DNA of 62,215 nucleotides, taken from NCBI GenBank assembly GCA_031424095.1, contig JANPGU010000181.1, positions 1 to 62,215 on the forward strand, written 5' to 3'. The notes beneath the pieces are model-generated. The model made no database searches and was not told where the DNA came from. It saw nothing but the letters and a program-made list of their open reading frames with translations. Below, one piece after another: positions 9,158 to 19,453 of the stretch. Position 1 is the first letter of the stretch; each line of letters begins with the position of its first letter. This DNA comes from Gammaproteobacteria bacterium (lineage in GTDB: Bacteria; Pseudomonadota; Gammaproteobacteria; Steroidobacterales; Steroidobacteraceae). Both the position numbers and the translations under genes were made by a program.

Positions 9158-9177
9158 CGCATTTTCTCCGCATTTTC
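9158..9177. promoter_or_regulatory. Direct repeat CGCATTTTC (x2, 11-bp register) upstream of the MoxR/vWA operon
   Basis: cgcattttc occurs at 9158-9166 and 9169-9177, in the only sizeable intergenic gap (9147-9263) ahead of the coupled operon. Confidence 0.25.
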
Positions 9178-9263
9178 GTGCATGTGTCGGTAAACGAATC
9201 CGCACGCACCATCACTGCACATTTCGGCTGGCGCCGGGCGTTATTCGCGGTTAGTTTCGATGC

Positions 9264-10073
9264 ATGGGATCGCGAGCAAGGCATGCAGGCCGACAGCTCG
9301 GCCTGGCGTTTGCCATGGCCTTGTGCACTCTGCTGCCCGCGGGTGTTCCCGGCTCTGCGCCCGGGAGCGTCGTCACGGCGCCGCCGCTGCCCGAGTTCCG
9401 TTTTGCACGGCTGGCCTACAACGACAATACCGCCATGGGTGGACTCGGCCGCTTCCGTCGCGGCGGTTCCTGGACCACCGATGCGCCCGAGGCCGAGGTG
9501 CATCTGCTCACCGGCGTCCGCCGCCTCACGCGCATCAACACACTGGATCCGCTGCGCGACGAGTTGATTGCGGTGCGACCCGGCGACCCGGATTTGTTTG
9601 AATACCCCTTCATCTACGGCGTCGAAGTGGGGCGCTGGTACCTGGATGATGCCGAAGCGGCGAACCTGCGCGAATACCTGCTGCGTGGCGGCTTTCTGAT
9701 GGTGGACGACTTCCACGGCAGCGCGCAGTGGGAAGGATTCATGGAATCGATGCGGCGTGTGTTTCCCGATCGCGAAGTGGTGGAGATCCCCGACAGTCAT
9801 GAAGTCTTCCATGTGCTCTACGATCTGGACCACAAGATCCAGATCCCGGGCAGGGCCGCGTTGATGTCGGGCCGAACCTATGAACAGGACGGCGTCGAGC
9901 CGCACTGGCGCGGCGTGTTCGACGACACCGGCCGCCTGATGGTGGCGATCAACTTCAACATGGACCTGGGCGATGCCTGGGAACTTGCCGACGACCCGGA
10001 ATATCCGCAGCCGATGACGGCGCTGGCCTATCGCTTCGGCATCAGCTATGCGATCTATGCGATGAGTCACTGA
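9264..10073 (+). CDS. DUF4159 domain-containing protein
   Basis: FRFARLAYND..., PFIYGVEVGRWYLDDAEAANLREYLLRGGFLMVDDFHG and EVFHVLYDLD match my memory of DUF4159, a usual neighbour of BatA/MoxR genes. Confidence 0.65.
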   Translation: MGSRARHAGRQLGLAFAMALCTLLPAGVPGSAPGSVVTAPPLPEFRFARLAYNDNTAMGGLGRFRRGGSWTTDAPEAEVHLLTGVRRLTRINTLDPLRDELIAVRPGDPDLFEYPFIYGVEVGRWYLDDAEAANLREYLLRGGFLMVDDFHGSAQWEGFMESMRRVFPDREVVEIPDSHEVFHVLYDLDHKIQIPGRAALMSGRTYEQDGVEPHWRGVFDDTGRLMVAINFNMDLGDAWELADDPEYPQPMTALAYRFGISYAIYAMSH

Positions 10074-10090
10074 TGGCAGGCCGCTAGAAC

Positions 10091-12331
10091 ATGCTGGATT
10101 TCCTGCTGGGTCATTCACTCTGGGCTTTCCGCAGCGGCGAACTCGCCTTCGCGCGTGGCTGGCCGCTGTTGGTGCTGGGGCTGTGTGCAGTGGTCGGCAT
10201 CGTGGCGATTGTCGCGACGCTGCTGCGGCATCAGCTCAGCTGGTGGAAGGCTGGCGTGCTGGGGCTGCTGCAGAGCGCATTCCTCGTGCTGCTGCTGGTG
10301 CTGCTGTGGCGGCCGGTGCTGAACGTCGAGCAGATCCGCGATCGCGAGAATGTCGTGGCCGTGCTGATGGATGATTCCGGCAGCATGAATGTGGCGGCTG
10401 ATGCGGCGTCCACACGCCGCGACCATGCTGTCGCGGCGCTCGATGCCGGCGTGCTGAAGGAAATCGCGGCCCGCTCGGATCTGCGGCTGTTCTCGTTCTC
10501 CGATCGCGCGCAGTCGGTGGATGCACTGGCGCAACTGTCGGGTGGTGCGGCGGCCACGCGCATCGGCGATGCCCTGGACACGGTGACGCAGATGGCGGCA
10601 AGTGTGCCGCTCGCAGCCGTGGTGCTGGTCACGGATGGCGCGGATACCGGCGGCACACTGAGTGAAGCCGCGCTGGCGCGGTTCGCGAGCGCTGGCATTC
10701 CGGTGCACACGGTGGGCGTGGGCCCGGAGCAGCCGCGCAACGATCTGGAACTGGAGCAGCTGCAGGTTCCACCCACTGCGGTGGCGGGCGCCACTGCCAC
10801 CGCGACGGTGTCGATCCGGCATCAGGGGCAGCAGAGCACGAAGGTGCGTATCTATGACGGCGACAAGATCATCGCCGCGCAGGATGTGGTGCTCGGCAGC
10901 GTGCCCGGTCTCGCCACCGTGGCGATGGAGTTCCCGGCCGGCGAGGCAGGCGTGCGCGATCTGCGCGTGGTGCTCGATGCGGTGCCCCAGGAAACGCTGT
11001 TGACCAACAACGAGCGGCGCGCCGTTATCGAAGTGGATGATCGGCGCCGCAGCGTGCTGTATGTGGAAGGCGAGCCGCGCTGGGAATACAAATTTATCCG
11101 CCGTGCTGCCGAAGCGGATCGCAGGCTGCGGCTGGCCTCAGCGGTGCGCGCCACTCCCAATCGTTACTACCGGCAGGGTGTGGCGTCGGGCAGTGATCTG
11201 GAGAACGGTTTCCCCGCCACTGCGGCCGAGCTGTTTGGCTATGACGCGGTGGTGCTGGGCAGCATCGAGGCGGCGGCGTTGTCACGCGACCAGCATGAAT
11301 GGCTGAAGGAATTCGTGGACCGGCGCGGTGGCTCGCTGCTGCTGCTGGCCGGACGCGATGGCCTCGGCGACGGTGGCTGGAGTCGCGTGCCGGTTTCGCA
11401 GTTGCTGCCGGCGATGCTGCCGGGTGGATCGGCGCGCACCTTTGGCGCCCGCGCCAGTCGCGTGCGCCTCACCGAATATGGTCGCGAGTCGCCGGTGGGT
11501 CGGTTCGATGCCGACCCTGTGCGCAATGACAAGGCCTGGGCCGAACTGCCGCCGCTGGCTGATTTCCAGGAACTGGGCCGCCTGCGGCCGGGCGCGGTGG
11601 TGCTGATCGAGTCGGTGGTCGGTGAACGCGCGGAGCCTTTGCTCGTCACGCAGCGCTATGGCCGTGGCGCCTCCTTCCTGCTGGGCACGGCAACGACCTG
11701 GCGCTGGCAGATGCAGCTGCCACTGGCCGATCAGCGCCATGAGACCTTCTGGCGACAACTCCTTTATACGCTGGCGATACCAGCGCCCTCGCGCGTGTCC
11801 CTGCAGGGCGACCGCGCAGTCTATGAAGACGACCAGCCGGTGACGCTGGAAGCGGAAGTGCTGGACGAGAGTTTCAAGCCAGTGCCAGATGCGACGGTGC
11901 AGATCCGCGCTACCTCCGACACAGGCGCAGAGGCTCCCGTCACCGTCACGCCTTCCGGCAAGGCAGACGGGCGCTACACCGTGGCGGTCGATGCGCGCGC
12001 GGCTGGCCTGTATCGCGTGGAACTGACCGCGATGTCCGGCACGCGCGAGCTCGGCAAGGCCACTACGCATCTGCGCCGCGCCGATGGCGTGCTGGAACAG
12101 TTCTCGGCGTGGCAGCATCGGCCGATGCTGGAACGTATCGCGCACGACACCGGCGGCCGCTACTGGTCGCTGGATGATCTCGATGGCCTGCCCGAAGCCA
12201 TCCGTTATTCGCGCGCGGGAATGGTGGAGCGGCAGACGCTGGACCTGTGGAACATGCCGCTGGCCTTCCTGTTGCTGGCGCTGCTGAAGGCGGGCGAGTG
12301 GCTGCTGCGTCGCTACTGGAGGCGGTTGTGA
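10091..12331 (+). CDS. Membrane-anchored vWA domain protein with a class-I glutamine-amidotransferase-like (DUF1355-type) domain
   Basis: Two N-terminal TM helices; MIDAS motif VLMDDSGSM with VVLVTDGADTG; then VLYVEGEPRWEYKFIRR...YDAVVLGSIE...GGSLLLLAG, a GATase1-like fold; and a C-terminal TM helix. Confidence 0.65.
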   Translation: MLDFLLGHSLWAFRSGELAFARGWPLLVLGLCAVVGIVAIVATLLRHQLSWWKAGVLGLLQSAFLVLLLVLLWRPVLNVEQIRDRENVVAVLMDDSGSMNVAADAASTRRDHAVAALDAGVLKEIAARSDLRLFSFSDRAQSVDALAQLSGGAAATRIGDALDTVTQMAASVPLAAVVLVTDGADTGGTLSEAALARFASAGIPVHTVGVGPEQPRNDLELEQLQVPPTAVAGATATATVSIRHQGQQSTKVRIYDGDKIIAAQDVVLGSVPGLATVAMEFPAGEAGVRDLRVVLDAVPQETLLTNNERRAVIEVDDRRRSVLYVEGEPRWEYKFIRRAAEADRRLRLASAVRATPNRYYRQGVASGSDLENGFPATAAELFGYDAVVLGSIEAAALSRDQHEWLKEFVDRRGGSLLLLAGRDGLGDGGWSRVPVSQLLPAMLPGGSARTFGARASRVRLTEYGRESPVGRFDADPVRNDKAWAELPPLADFQELGRLRPGAVVLIESVVGERAEPLLVTQRYGRGASFLLGTATTWRWQMQLPLADQRHETFWRQLLYTLAIPAPSRVSLQGDRAVYEDDQPVTLEAEVLDESFKPVPDATVQIRATSDTGAEAPVTVTPSGKADGRYTVAVDARAAGLYRVELTAMSGTRELGKATTHLRRADGVLEQFSAWQHRPMLERIAHDTGGRYWSLDDLDGLPEAIRYSRAGMVERQTLDLWNMPLAFLLLALLKAGEWLLRRYWRRL

Positions 12332-13284
12332 CGCGTGCGTTGCGCCTGCTGCCGTGTGTGACGCTGCTGTGCAGCCTTCTCCTGGCGGGCACTGCTTCCG
12401 CCGCTACGCAGGTGCTGGTCATTGCAGGCCTTGGCGGCGAGGCGCAGTTCGATGCGCGCTTCACCAAGTGGAGCGAGCAGGTGGCCAAAGCCTCCGCGAC
12501 CGCCACGGGCGATGTCGCGCGCGTGCAGCGACTGGCGGGCGAGAGCGCGCGCCGCGAAGACATCCAGGCGGCACTGCGGGCCGTGGCCGAGCGCCTGCGT
12601 GAAGGCGACCAGTTCGTACTGGTGCTGCTGGGTCACGGCAGCTTCGATGGCAGCGAATACCGCTTCAATGTCGCCGGCCCCGACATCACCGGCAGCGAAA
12701 TGCTGGCGCTGCTCGACCGCATTCCTGCCGGCGTGCTGCAGCTCGTGGTCAACGCCACCAGCACCAGTGGCGCGATTGCCGATCGCTGGGTGAAGCCGAA
12801 TCGTGTGGTCATCACCGCGACGCGCACCGGCGGCGAGCGCAATGCGCCGCGCTTTGGCGCCTTCTGGGCGGAGGCCCTGAGCAGTGAAGAGGCAGACCGC
12901 GACAAGGATGGCGCCGTCACGGCTCTGGAAGCTTTCGACTACGCCACACGCAAAGTAAACGACGCCTACAAATCCGATGCGGCGGTGGTGACGGAACACG
13001 CCAAGGTCACCGGCAACGAGCCCACGCGCTTCGTGGTGGCGCGGCTCGGCGCGGCCGCGATGTTTGCCAATGATGCGCAGCTCATTGCAATGCGCACCGA
13101 GCAGGCGGGTATCGAGCGGCGGCTGGCGCAGCTGCAGTTGCAGAGAAAGGAGTTGCAGCAGGATGAATATTTCAACCGCATCGAACCGGTGCTGGTGGAG
13201 CTGGCAAAGCTGGGTGCGCGCGTGGATGCGCGGCTGACGACGTTGGGTGCGCGTGCAGGAGATTCATTCAATGCCAAACCTTAA
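12328..13284 (+). CDS. Secreted clan-CD (caspase/legumain C13-like) fold protein that lacks the catalytic Cys
   Basis: GTG 12328 overlaps the upstream stop (GTGA), with RBS GGAGG and signal peptide LLCSLLLAGTASAA. FVLVLLGHGSFDG is a His-Gly strand and LQLVVNATSTSG is where D-A-C-x-S-G is expected. The C-terminus is coiled coil. Confidence 0.45.
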   Translation: MTRALRLLPCVTLLCSLLLAGTASAATQVLVIAGLGGEAQFDARFTKWSEQVAKASATATGDVARVQRLAGESARREDIQAALRAVAERLREGDQFVLVLLGHGSFDGSEYRFNVAGPDITGSEMLALLDRIPAGVLQLVVNATSTSGAIADRWVKPNRVVITATRTGGERNAPRFGAFWAEALSSEEADRDKDGAVTALEAFDYATRKVNDAYKSDAAVVTEHAKVTGNEPTRFVVARLGAAAMFANDAQLIAMRTEQAGIERRLAQLQLQRKELQQDEYFNRIEPVLVELAKLGARVDARLTTLGARAGDSFNAKP

Positions 13285-15549
13285 CCGTGCGGCACGCGGC
13301 GGACAATCGCGCCCCGCGCTGGCGTTGCTGGCACTGTTTGCCGTTGCACATGTGAGCACGGCCATGGCCGTCGACATCGACTACGACACAAGGCGCAGCA
13401 CCTCGCTGCGCCGCTGCGACGATCCGCAGCATCATGGCCGCGTCGAAGAAGCGCGTGGCTGCTACCGGCCGCTGCTGCGCGATGACAGTGCGCTGGTGCG
13501 CGCCGAGGCTGCCTGGGCGCTGGGCGATCTGCGCAATGCCAACGAATTCTTCCGCGCGGCGGTCGCGGCCGATGCACGCGCGGTGTATCCGCGCCTGCGC
13601 TGGGGCCACATGTTCCTCGACGCGGGCCAGAAGGATGATGCGCAGCGCCTGTTCGAGGAGGCGCTGGAGATCAATCCGCGCGATGGCGCGGCGCGCATTG
13701 CTCTGGCACTGGTGAGCAGCGAACAGTTCGAAGGCAATGTGACGCAGGGACTGGCCGCGCTGGTGGTCGAGAATGCCAATGTGATCGAGGCGCATCTGCT
13801 GGCCGCACGCGTGGCCATCGACGCCGGACGTCTCGACGATGCAGGGCGCGCGGCGCAGCGCGCGCTGCAACTGGCACAGCAGCAGCAGAAGCCGCCGGTC
13901 GAGGCGCATACCATGCTCGCCGCAATCGAGGTGGTGCGCAATCGGGACCCCGGCGAGTGGACGCGTGCGGCGCTGGCCTACAACCCGCGCTATGGCGCGC
14001 TGTTCGAGGCGCTCGGGGATTTCGAGATCCGGCGGCGGCGCTACACCGAGGCCGATGTCTGGTACAAGCGCGCCGTGGATGTGCAGCCGGATCTCTGGTC
14101 CGCGCGGCGCGAATACGCGCTGAATCTCATGCGCCTGGGGCGCATCGAAGAGGCCCGGCCGCATCTGGTCGCCGCGTTCGAAGGCGACCCGTTCAGCACG
14201 GCCACGGTCAATACGCTGCGTCTGCTCGACAGCCTGCAGAAGTTCGAGATGGTGAAGCTTGCGGACCCGGCCGTGAACCTGCAGCTCAACAAGCAGGAAG
14301 TGCCGACGCTGGGCCCCTATGTGGAAAAGCTGGCACGCGAGAGCATCGCCACGTTCTCGCGGCGCTATGGCTACAAGCCCGACGCGCCGATCACGGTGGA
14401 AATCTATCCCGACCACGATGACTTCGCCGTGCGTACGGCGGGCTTGCCAGGCATCGGACTGCTGGGGGTGACCTTCGGCCATCTCGTCGCGATGGACAGC
14501 CCGGCGGGCCGCAAGAGCGGTGACTTCCACTGGGGCAGCGTGCTGTGGCACGAGATGGCGCATGTGTTCACGCTGTCGGTGACCAGGCATCGTGTGCCGC
14601 GCTGGCTGAGCGAAGGTCTGTCGGTGCTCGAGGAATGGACCACCGGCCCCACGTCGGGCGTGTCGATCACGCCGGCAGTGGTCGATGCCTTTGCCGCCGA
14701 CAAGCTGTTGCCCGTGGCGCGTCTGGACGACGGTTTCATGCGGCCCACCTACGAAGACCAGGTGCAGATCTCGTATCAGCAGGCCGGCCTCATCTGCCTG
14801 TTTGCGGAAGCGCGCTGGGGATTTCCGAAGGTGGTCGAGTTCCTGCGCTCGTTCAATGACGACGCCACCACCGAGACCTCGGTGCGCAATGTGTTCAAGG
14901 TGTCGCCGGATGATTTCGACCGCGAGTTCCAGAAGTTCATGCGCGACCGGTATCGCGTCTATCTCGCCGATCCGAAGCGCTGGACCGAGCTGATGCGCCG
15001 TGCGCACACCATGCTGGACGCACGCAACTGGGTGAGTGCGCGCGAGGCCTCACAGGCTGCCATCGACATGCTGCCGGATTTCACCGGTGGCGGTAGCGCC
15101 TATGTAGTGCTGGCCGAGGCAGAAGAAGGCGCGGGCAACAATGCCGCCGCCATCATGGCCTGGCAGAGCTGGCGCAAGGCCGGTGGCTGGGATCCTGCGG
15201 GCCTGCGCAAACTCGGCGCCCTGCTGCTGGCGGCGAAGCGCAATGCCGAGGCCACCGAGGTGCTGGCAGCCGTGAACTACGCCGATCCGCTGGCCGTGGA
15301 TGGCCACGACCGCCTGGGTCAGCTGCTGCTGGAACAGAATCGCGGCGCCGACGCGCTGCGCGAGTATCGTGTACTGCTGGCATTGCAGCCGCTGGATACG
15401 GCCGCCGCCAACTTCGGCATGGCGCGCTCCTATCGCCTGACCGGCGATCGCGTGCAGGCGCGCCGCCATCTGCTCGAATCCCTTGATACGGCGCCGAACT
15501 TTCGGCCCGCCCAGAAACTGCTGCTGGAAATGACTGGAGACCGGACCCC

Positions 15550-15553
<4 letters not shown>
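13271..15553 (+). CDS. TPR-repeat protein with an embedded gluzincin (Peptidase_MA-like) HExxH...E motif
   Basis: Signal peptide LALLALFAVAHVSTAMA. TPR-like helices lie at both ends. The central WGSVLWHEMAHVFTLSVTRHRVPRWLSEGLSVLEE is the metal-binding motif. Confidence 0.6.
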
Positions 15554-16553
<1,000 letters not shown>

Positions 16554-16557
<4 letters not shown>

Positions 16558-17450
16558 ACGCCTCCTCCGCCGCGTCGCTGCTGCGTCCCGAAGTTCTCGC
16601 CAGTCTGTCGACACTGGAGCTGGTGGCGCGCTCGGCGGTGGAGGGTTTTTTCCAGGGCATGCATCGCAGCCCGCGGTTCGGCTTCAGCCAGGAATTCGCC
16701 GAATACAAGGCGTATGCGGAGGGGGATGATCCGCGCTTCGTCGACTGGAATGTGTTCGCGCGCACCGATCGCACTTACATCAAGCGCTACCTGGGCGAGA
16801 CCAATACGCGGCTGATGATCGTGCTGGATGTCAGTGCGTCGATGGGCTATGCCTCCGGCGCCATCTCCAAACTGCGTTACGCCAAGTTCCTGGCCGCGTC
16901 GCTGAGCTACATGGCCCTGCACCAGCACGATCCCACCGGACTGATTGCCTTTGACTCGAAGATCCGCAGCTACCGGCCCGCGTCGAGCCGCACCGGCAGT
17001 CTCAACGCCATCCTGCATTCGCTGGATGCGCTGGAAGCAGGCAGCCAGACCGATCTTTCCGAATCCTTCCGTCAGGTGCGCGAGCATTGCCAGCGCCGCG
17101 GCCTGGTGGCGGTGATTTCCGATCTGTACTGCGACCCGGAAGCGCTGACCCGCGCTGTGCAGCCGCTGGCCTGGCGCGGTCACGACATCATGATCTTCCA
17201 GATACTGGATCGCGCCGAGCTTGCGCCAGACTGGGATGAGTCCGTGCTGCTCGAGGATGTGGAATCGGGCCAGCAGCTGGAGGTGTCTCCCGACTATCTG
17301 CGCACCACGTATCGCACGCGCGTTGCGGAGCATCTGGAGCGCATGAAAAAGGTGGCTGCAGGCGTGGGTGCCGATCATGCGCTGCTGGTCACCGACGAAC
17401 CGCTGGACAAGGCGCTGCGTCGTTACATGATGTTCCGGCAGAGGGCATAA
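16554..17450 (+). CDS. DUF58 domain protein (vWA-like MoxR partner)
   Basis: FAEYKAYAEGDDPRFVDWNVFARTDRTYIKRY and LMIVLDVSASMGY are the classic DUF58 motifs. ATGA overlap with the moxR-like gene. Confidence 0.85.
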
Positions 17451-17455
17451 GGCTT

Positions 17456-19453
17456 ATGTGGCTGGCTCCGTGGTTCCTGCTGGGTCTGGTTGGCATCGGT
17501 CTGCCGATCTGGCTGCACCGCTTTGCCCGGCAGACGGACCAGAAGCGGCCCTTTGCCTCGCTGATGTTCCTGGAAGCCAGCCTGATCCGCCGCAGTCGCC
17601 GGCATGAGCTGCGTTACTGGCTGCTGCTGGCGCTGCGCGCGTTGCTGCTGATATTGCTGGTGCTCGCATTTGCCGGCCCGCTGTGGCGCAGCCTGGTGAA
17701 GCCGGGTGCCACGGGTGCAACGCTGCACGTCATCGTCGTCGACACCTCGCTGTCGATGAACCAGGCCGGTACCTGGGAGCGTGCGCGCGAGCGGGCCACG
17801 AATCTGATCAGCGCGGTGAAGGGCGCGGATCGGGCGATGCTGGTGGCGGCCGATCACCGGATGACGGTGCTGCAACAGCCGGTGTTCGCGGCGGAAGCTG
17901 GCCGGCTGCGGGCGCAGCTGGCCACCTTGAAGCCGGGCAACTCGCGCCTGGATTACGGCGCATTGATGGCGGGATCCGGCAGCTGGGGCGCAGGTCCAGG
18001 CGAGCAGATCGTCGTGCATCTGGTCACCGACATGCAGCAGTCGGCAAGTCCGCTGCGCTTTGCCGACCTGCGGCCGCCGCCTGGCATCCACATCGATCTG
18101 GTGAATGTGGGTGAAGCAAAGAACGCCAACCTGCGCGTGGCCGATGTGCGGGAAGCCGAGCGCGAGCCAGGTGTTGTACTGGTGCGAGTAGAAGGTGATG
18201 CCTCAGCCTTGGGTGGGCGCGAGCTGCTGCTGGAAGTGAATGGTGTGGAGCGCGTGCGACGTGCCCTGCGCCGCGATGCGACGCTGCCCCTGATCGAGCG
18301 CTTCGAGATCGGTACATTGGGCGTCGGCGAACATCGCCTCGCTGCGAAGCTGTCGCCCGCCGATGAACTGCCGCAGGATGATGCGTACTACGCGCTGCTG
18401 CGAAGAGTGGAGCCCAAGGTGCTGGTCATCGCAGCGGCGCCGGATGGCGACGATGCGCGCTACCTGCTGGCCGCGCTGCAGTCGCTGGCAAGTCCGCGCT
18501 TCACGGCCGAGTCCGCGCTGCCTTCGGCACTGGTGTCGCGCCAGTTGAGTGATTTCGCGGCAGTGGTTGTGTCCGATGCCGGCCTGCTCAACAAATCGGC
18601 CAGTGATGCATTGAACAGGTATGTGGACGCCGGTGGCGCTGCGCTGCTGACGCTGGGCGCACGCGCGGCGCAGCTGCCGCGCGTGCCGGTGAGCAACGCC
18701 AAGCTGGCAGGCGGCCGCGCCCGCGCCGCTGGCAACGAACCCGCACGCGTGGCCGAGCTGGAACAGAGTCATGCCGTGCTGCGTGAGCCGGGCGCCTGGC
18801 GGCGCATCCGTTTCTTCAGGCATGTGGCGGTCGAAGCGCCGGACGATGCGAAGGTGCTGATGCGCTTCGAGAACGGCACGCCCTTGATGCTCGAGCAGCC
18901 GCTCGGCCGCGGCAAGCTGCTGTTGTTCACTTCACCGCTGGACCGGCAGTGGAATGATCTCGCCATCCATCCGCTGTTCGTGCGCTTCGTCGCGGAAGCC
19001 ACGGCCTATCTTGCCAACACCCGTACCGACGCGGCGGTGGCCATGGTCGGCGCGGCGCTGGATTCGGAAGCATTGCGCGCAGGCGGCGGCCAGGTGTTCG
19101 ATCCCGCGGGCAAGCGCGCGTCAATGCTGGGCGGCCTGGCCGGCGGCGCGAAGTGGCTGCCGGAGCTGCCGGGCTTCTACGAGCTGCGCGGCAGCGGCCG
19201 CAGCGATTTCATCGCCGTGAATGTCGACCCGCGGGAATCGCAGCTGGCGCGCTGGGACGAGGCCAGCCGCAGCCGCTGGCTGGCGCTGCAGGATCTGCAG
19301 CCCGCCCCGCAGGCCGCTGTAGCAGCGGCCCAGCCGGGTGAACGGCTGTTTCCGATCTGGTTCTGGCTGCTGCTCGGCGCCGCCGCGCTCGCATTGCTGG
19401 AACCATTGGTCGCCAACTACCATCTGAATGTGCGGAGGGAACGCAGCGCATGA
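17456..19453 (+). CDS. BatA-type membrane protein (aerotolerance-regulator N-terminal domain, vWA, GATase1-like)
   Basis: N-terminus MWLAPWFLLGLVGIGLPIWLHRF is the BatA_N double-TM signature. MIDAS motif IVVDTSLSM. A later KVLVIAAAPDGDDARYL segment. C-terminal TM helix. Confidence 0.75.
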   Translation: MWLAPWFLLGLVGIGLPIWLHRFARQTDQKRPFASLMFLEASLIRRSRRHELRYWLLLALRALLLILLVLAFAGPLWRSLVKPGATGATLHVIVVDTSLSMNQAGTWERARERATNLISAVKGADRAMLVAADHRMTVLQQPVFAAEAGRLRAQLATLKPGNSRLDYGALMAGSGSWGAGPGEQIVVHLVTDMQQSASPLRFADLRPPPGIHIDLVNVGEAKNANLRVADVREAEREPGVVLVRVEGDASALGGRELLLEVNGVERVRRALRRDATLPLIERFEIGTLGVGEHRLAAKLSPADELPQDDAYYALLRRVEPKVLVIAAAPDGDDARYLLAALQSLASPRFTAESALPSALVSRQLSDFAAVVVSDAGLLNKSASDALNRYVDAGGAALLTLGARAAQLPRVPVSNAKLAGGRARAAGNEPARVAELEQSHAVLREPGAWRRIRFFRHVAVEAPDDAKVLMRFENGTPLMLEQPLGRGKLLLFTSPLDRQWNDLAIHPLFVRFVAEATAYLANTRTDAAVAMVGAALDSEALRAGGGQVFDPAGKRASMLGGLAGGAKWLPELPGFYELRGSGRSDFIAVNVDPRESQLARWDEASRSRWLALQDLQPAPQAAVAAAQPGERLFPIWFWLLLGAAALALLEPLVANYHLNVRRERSA

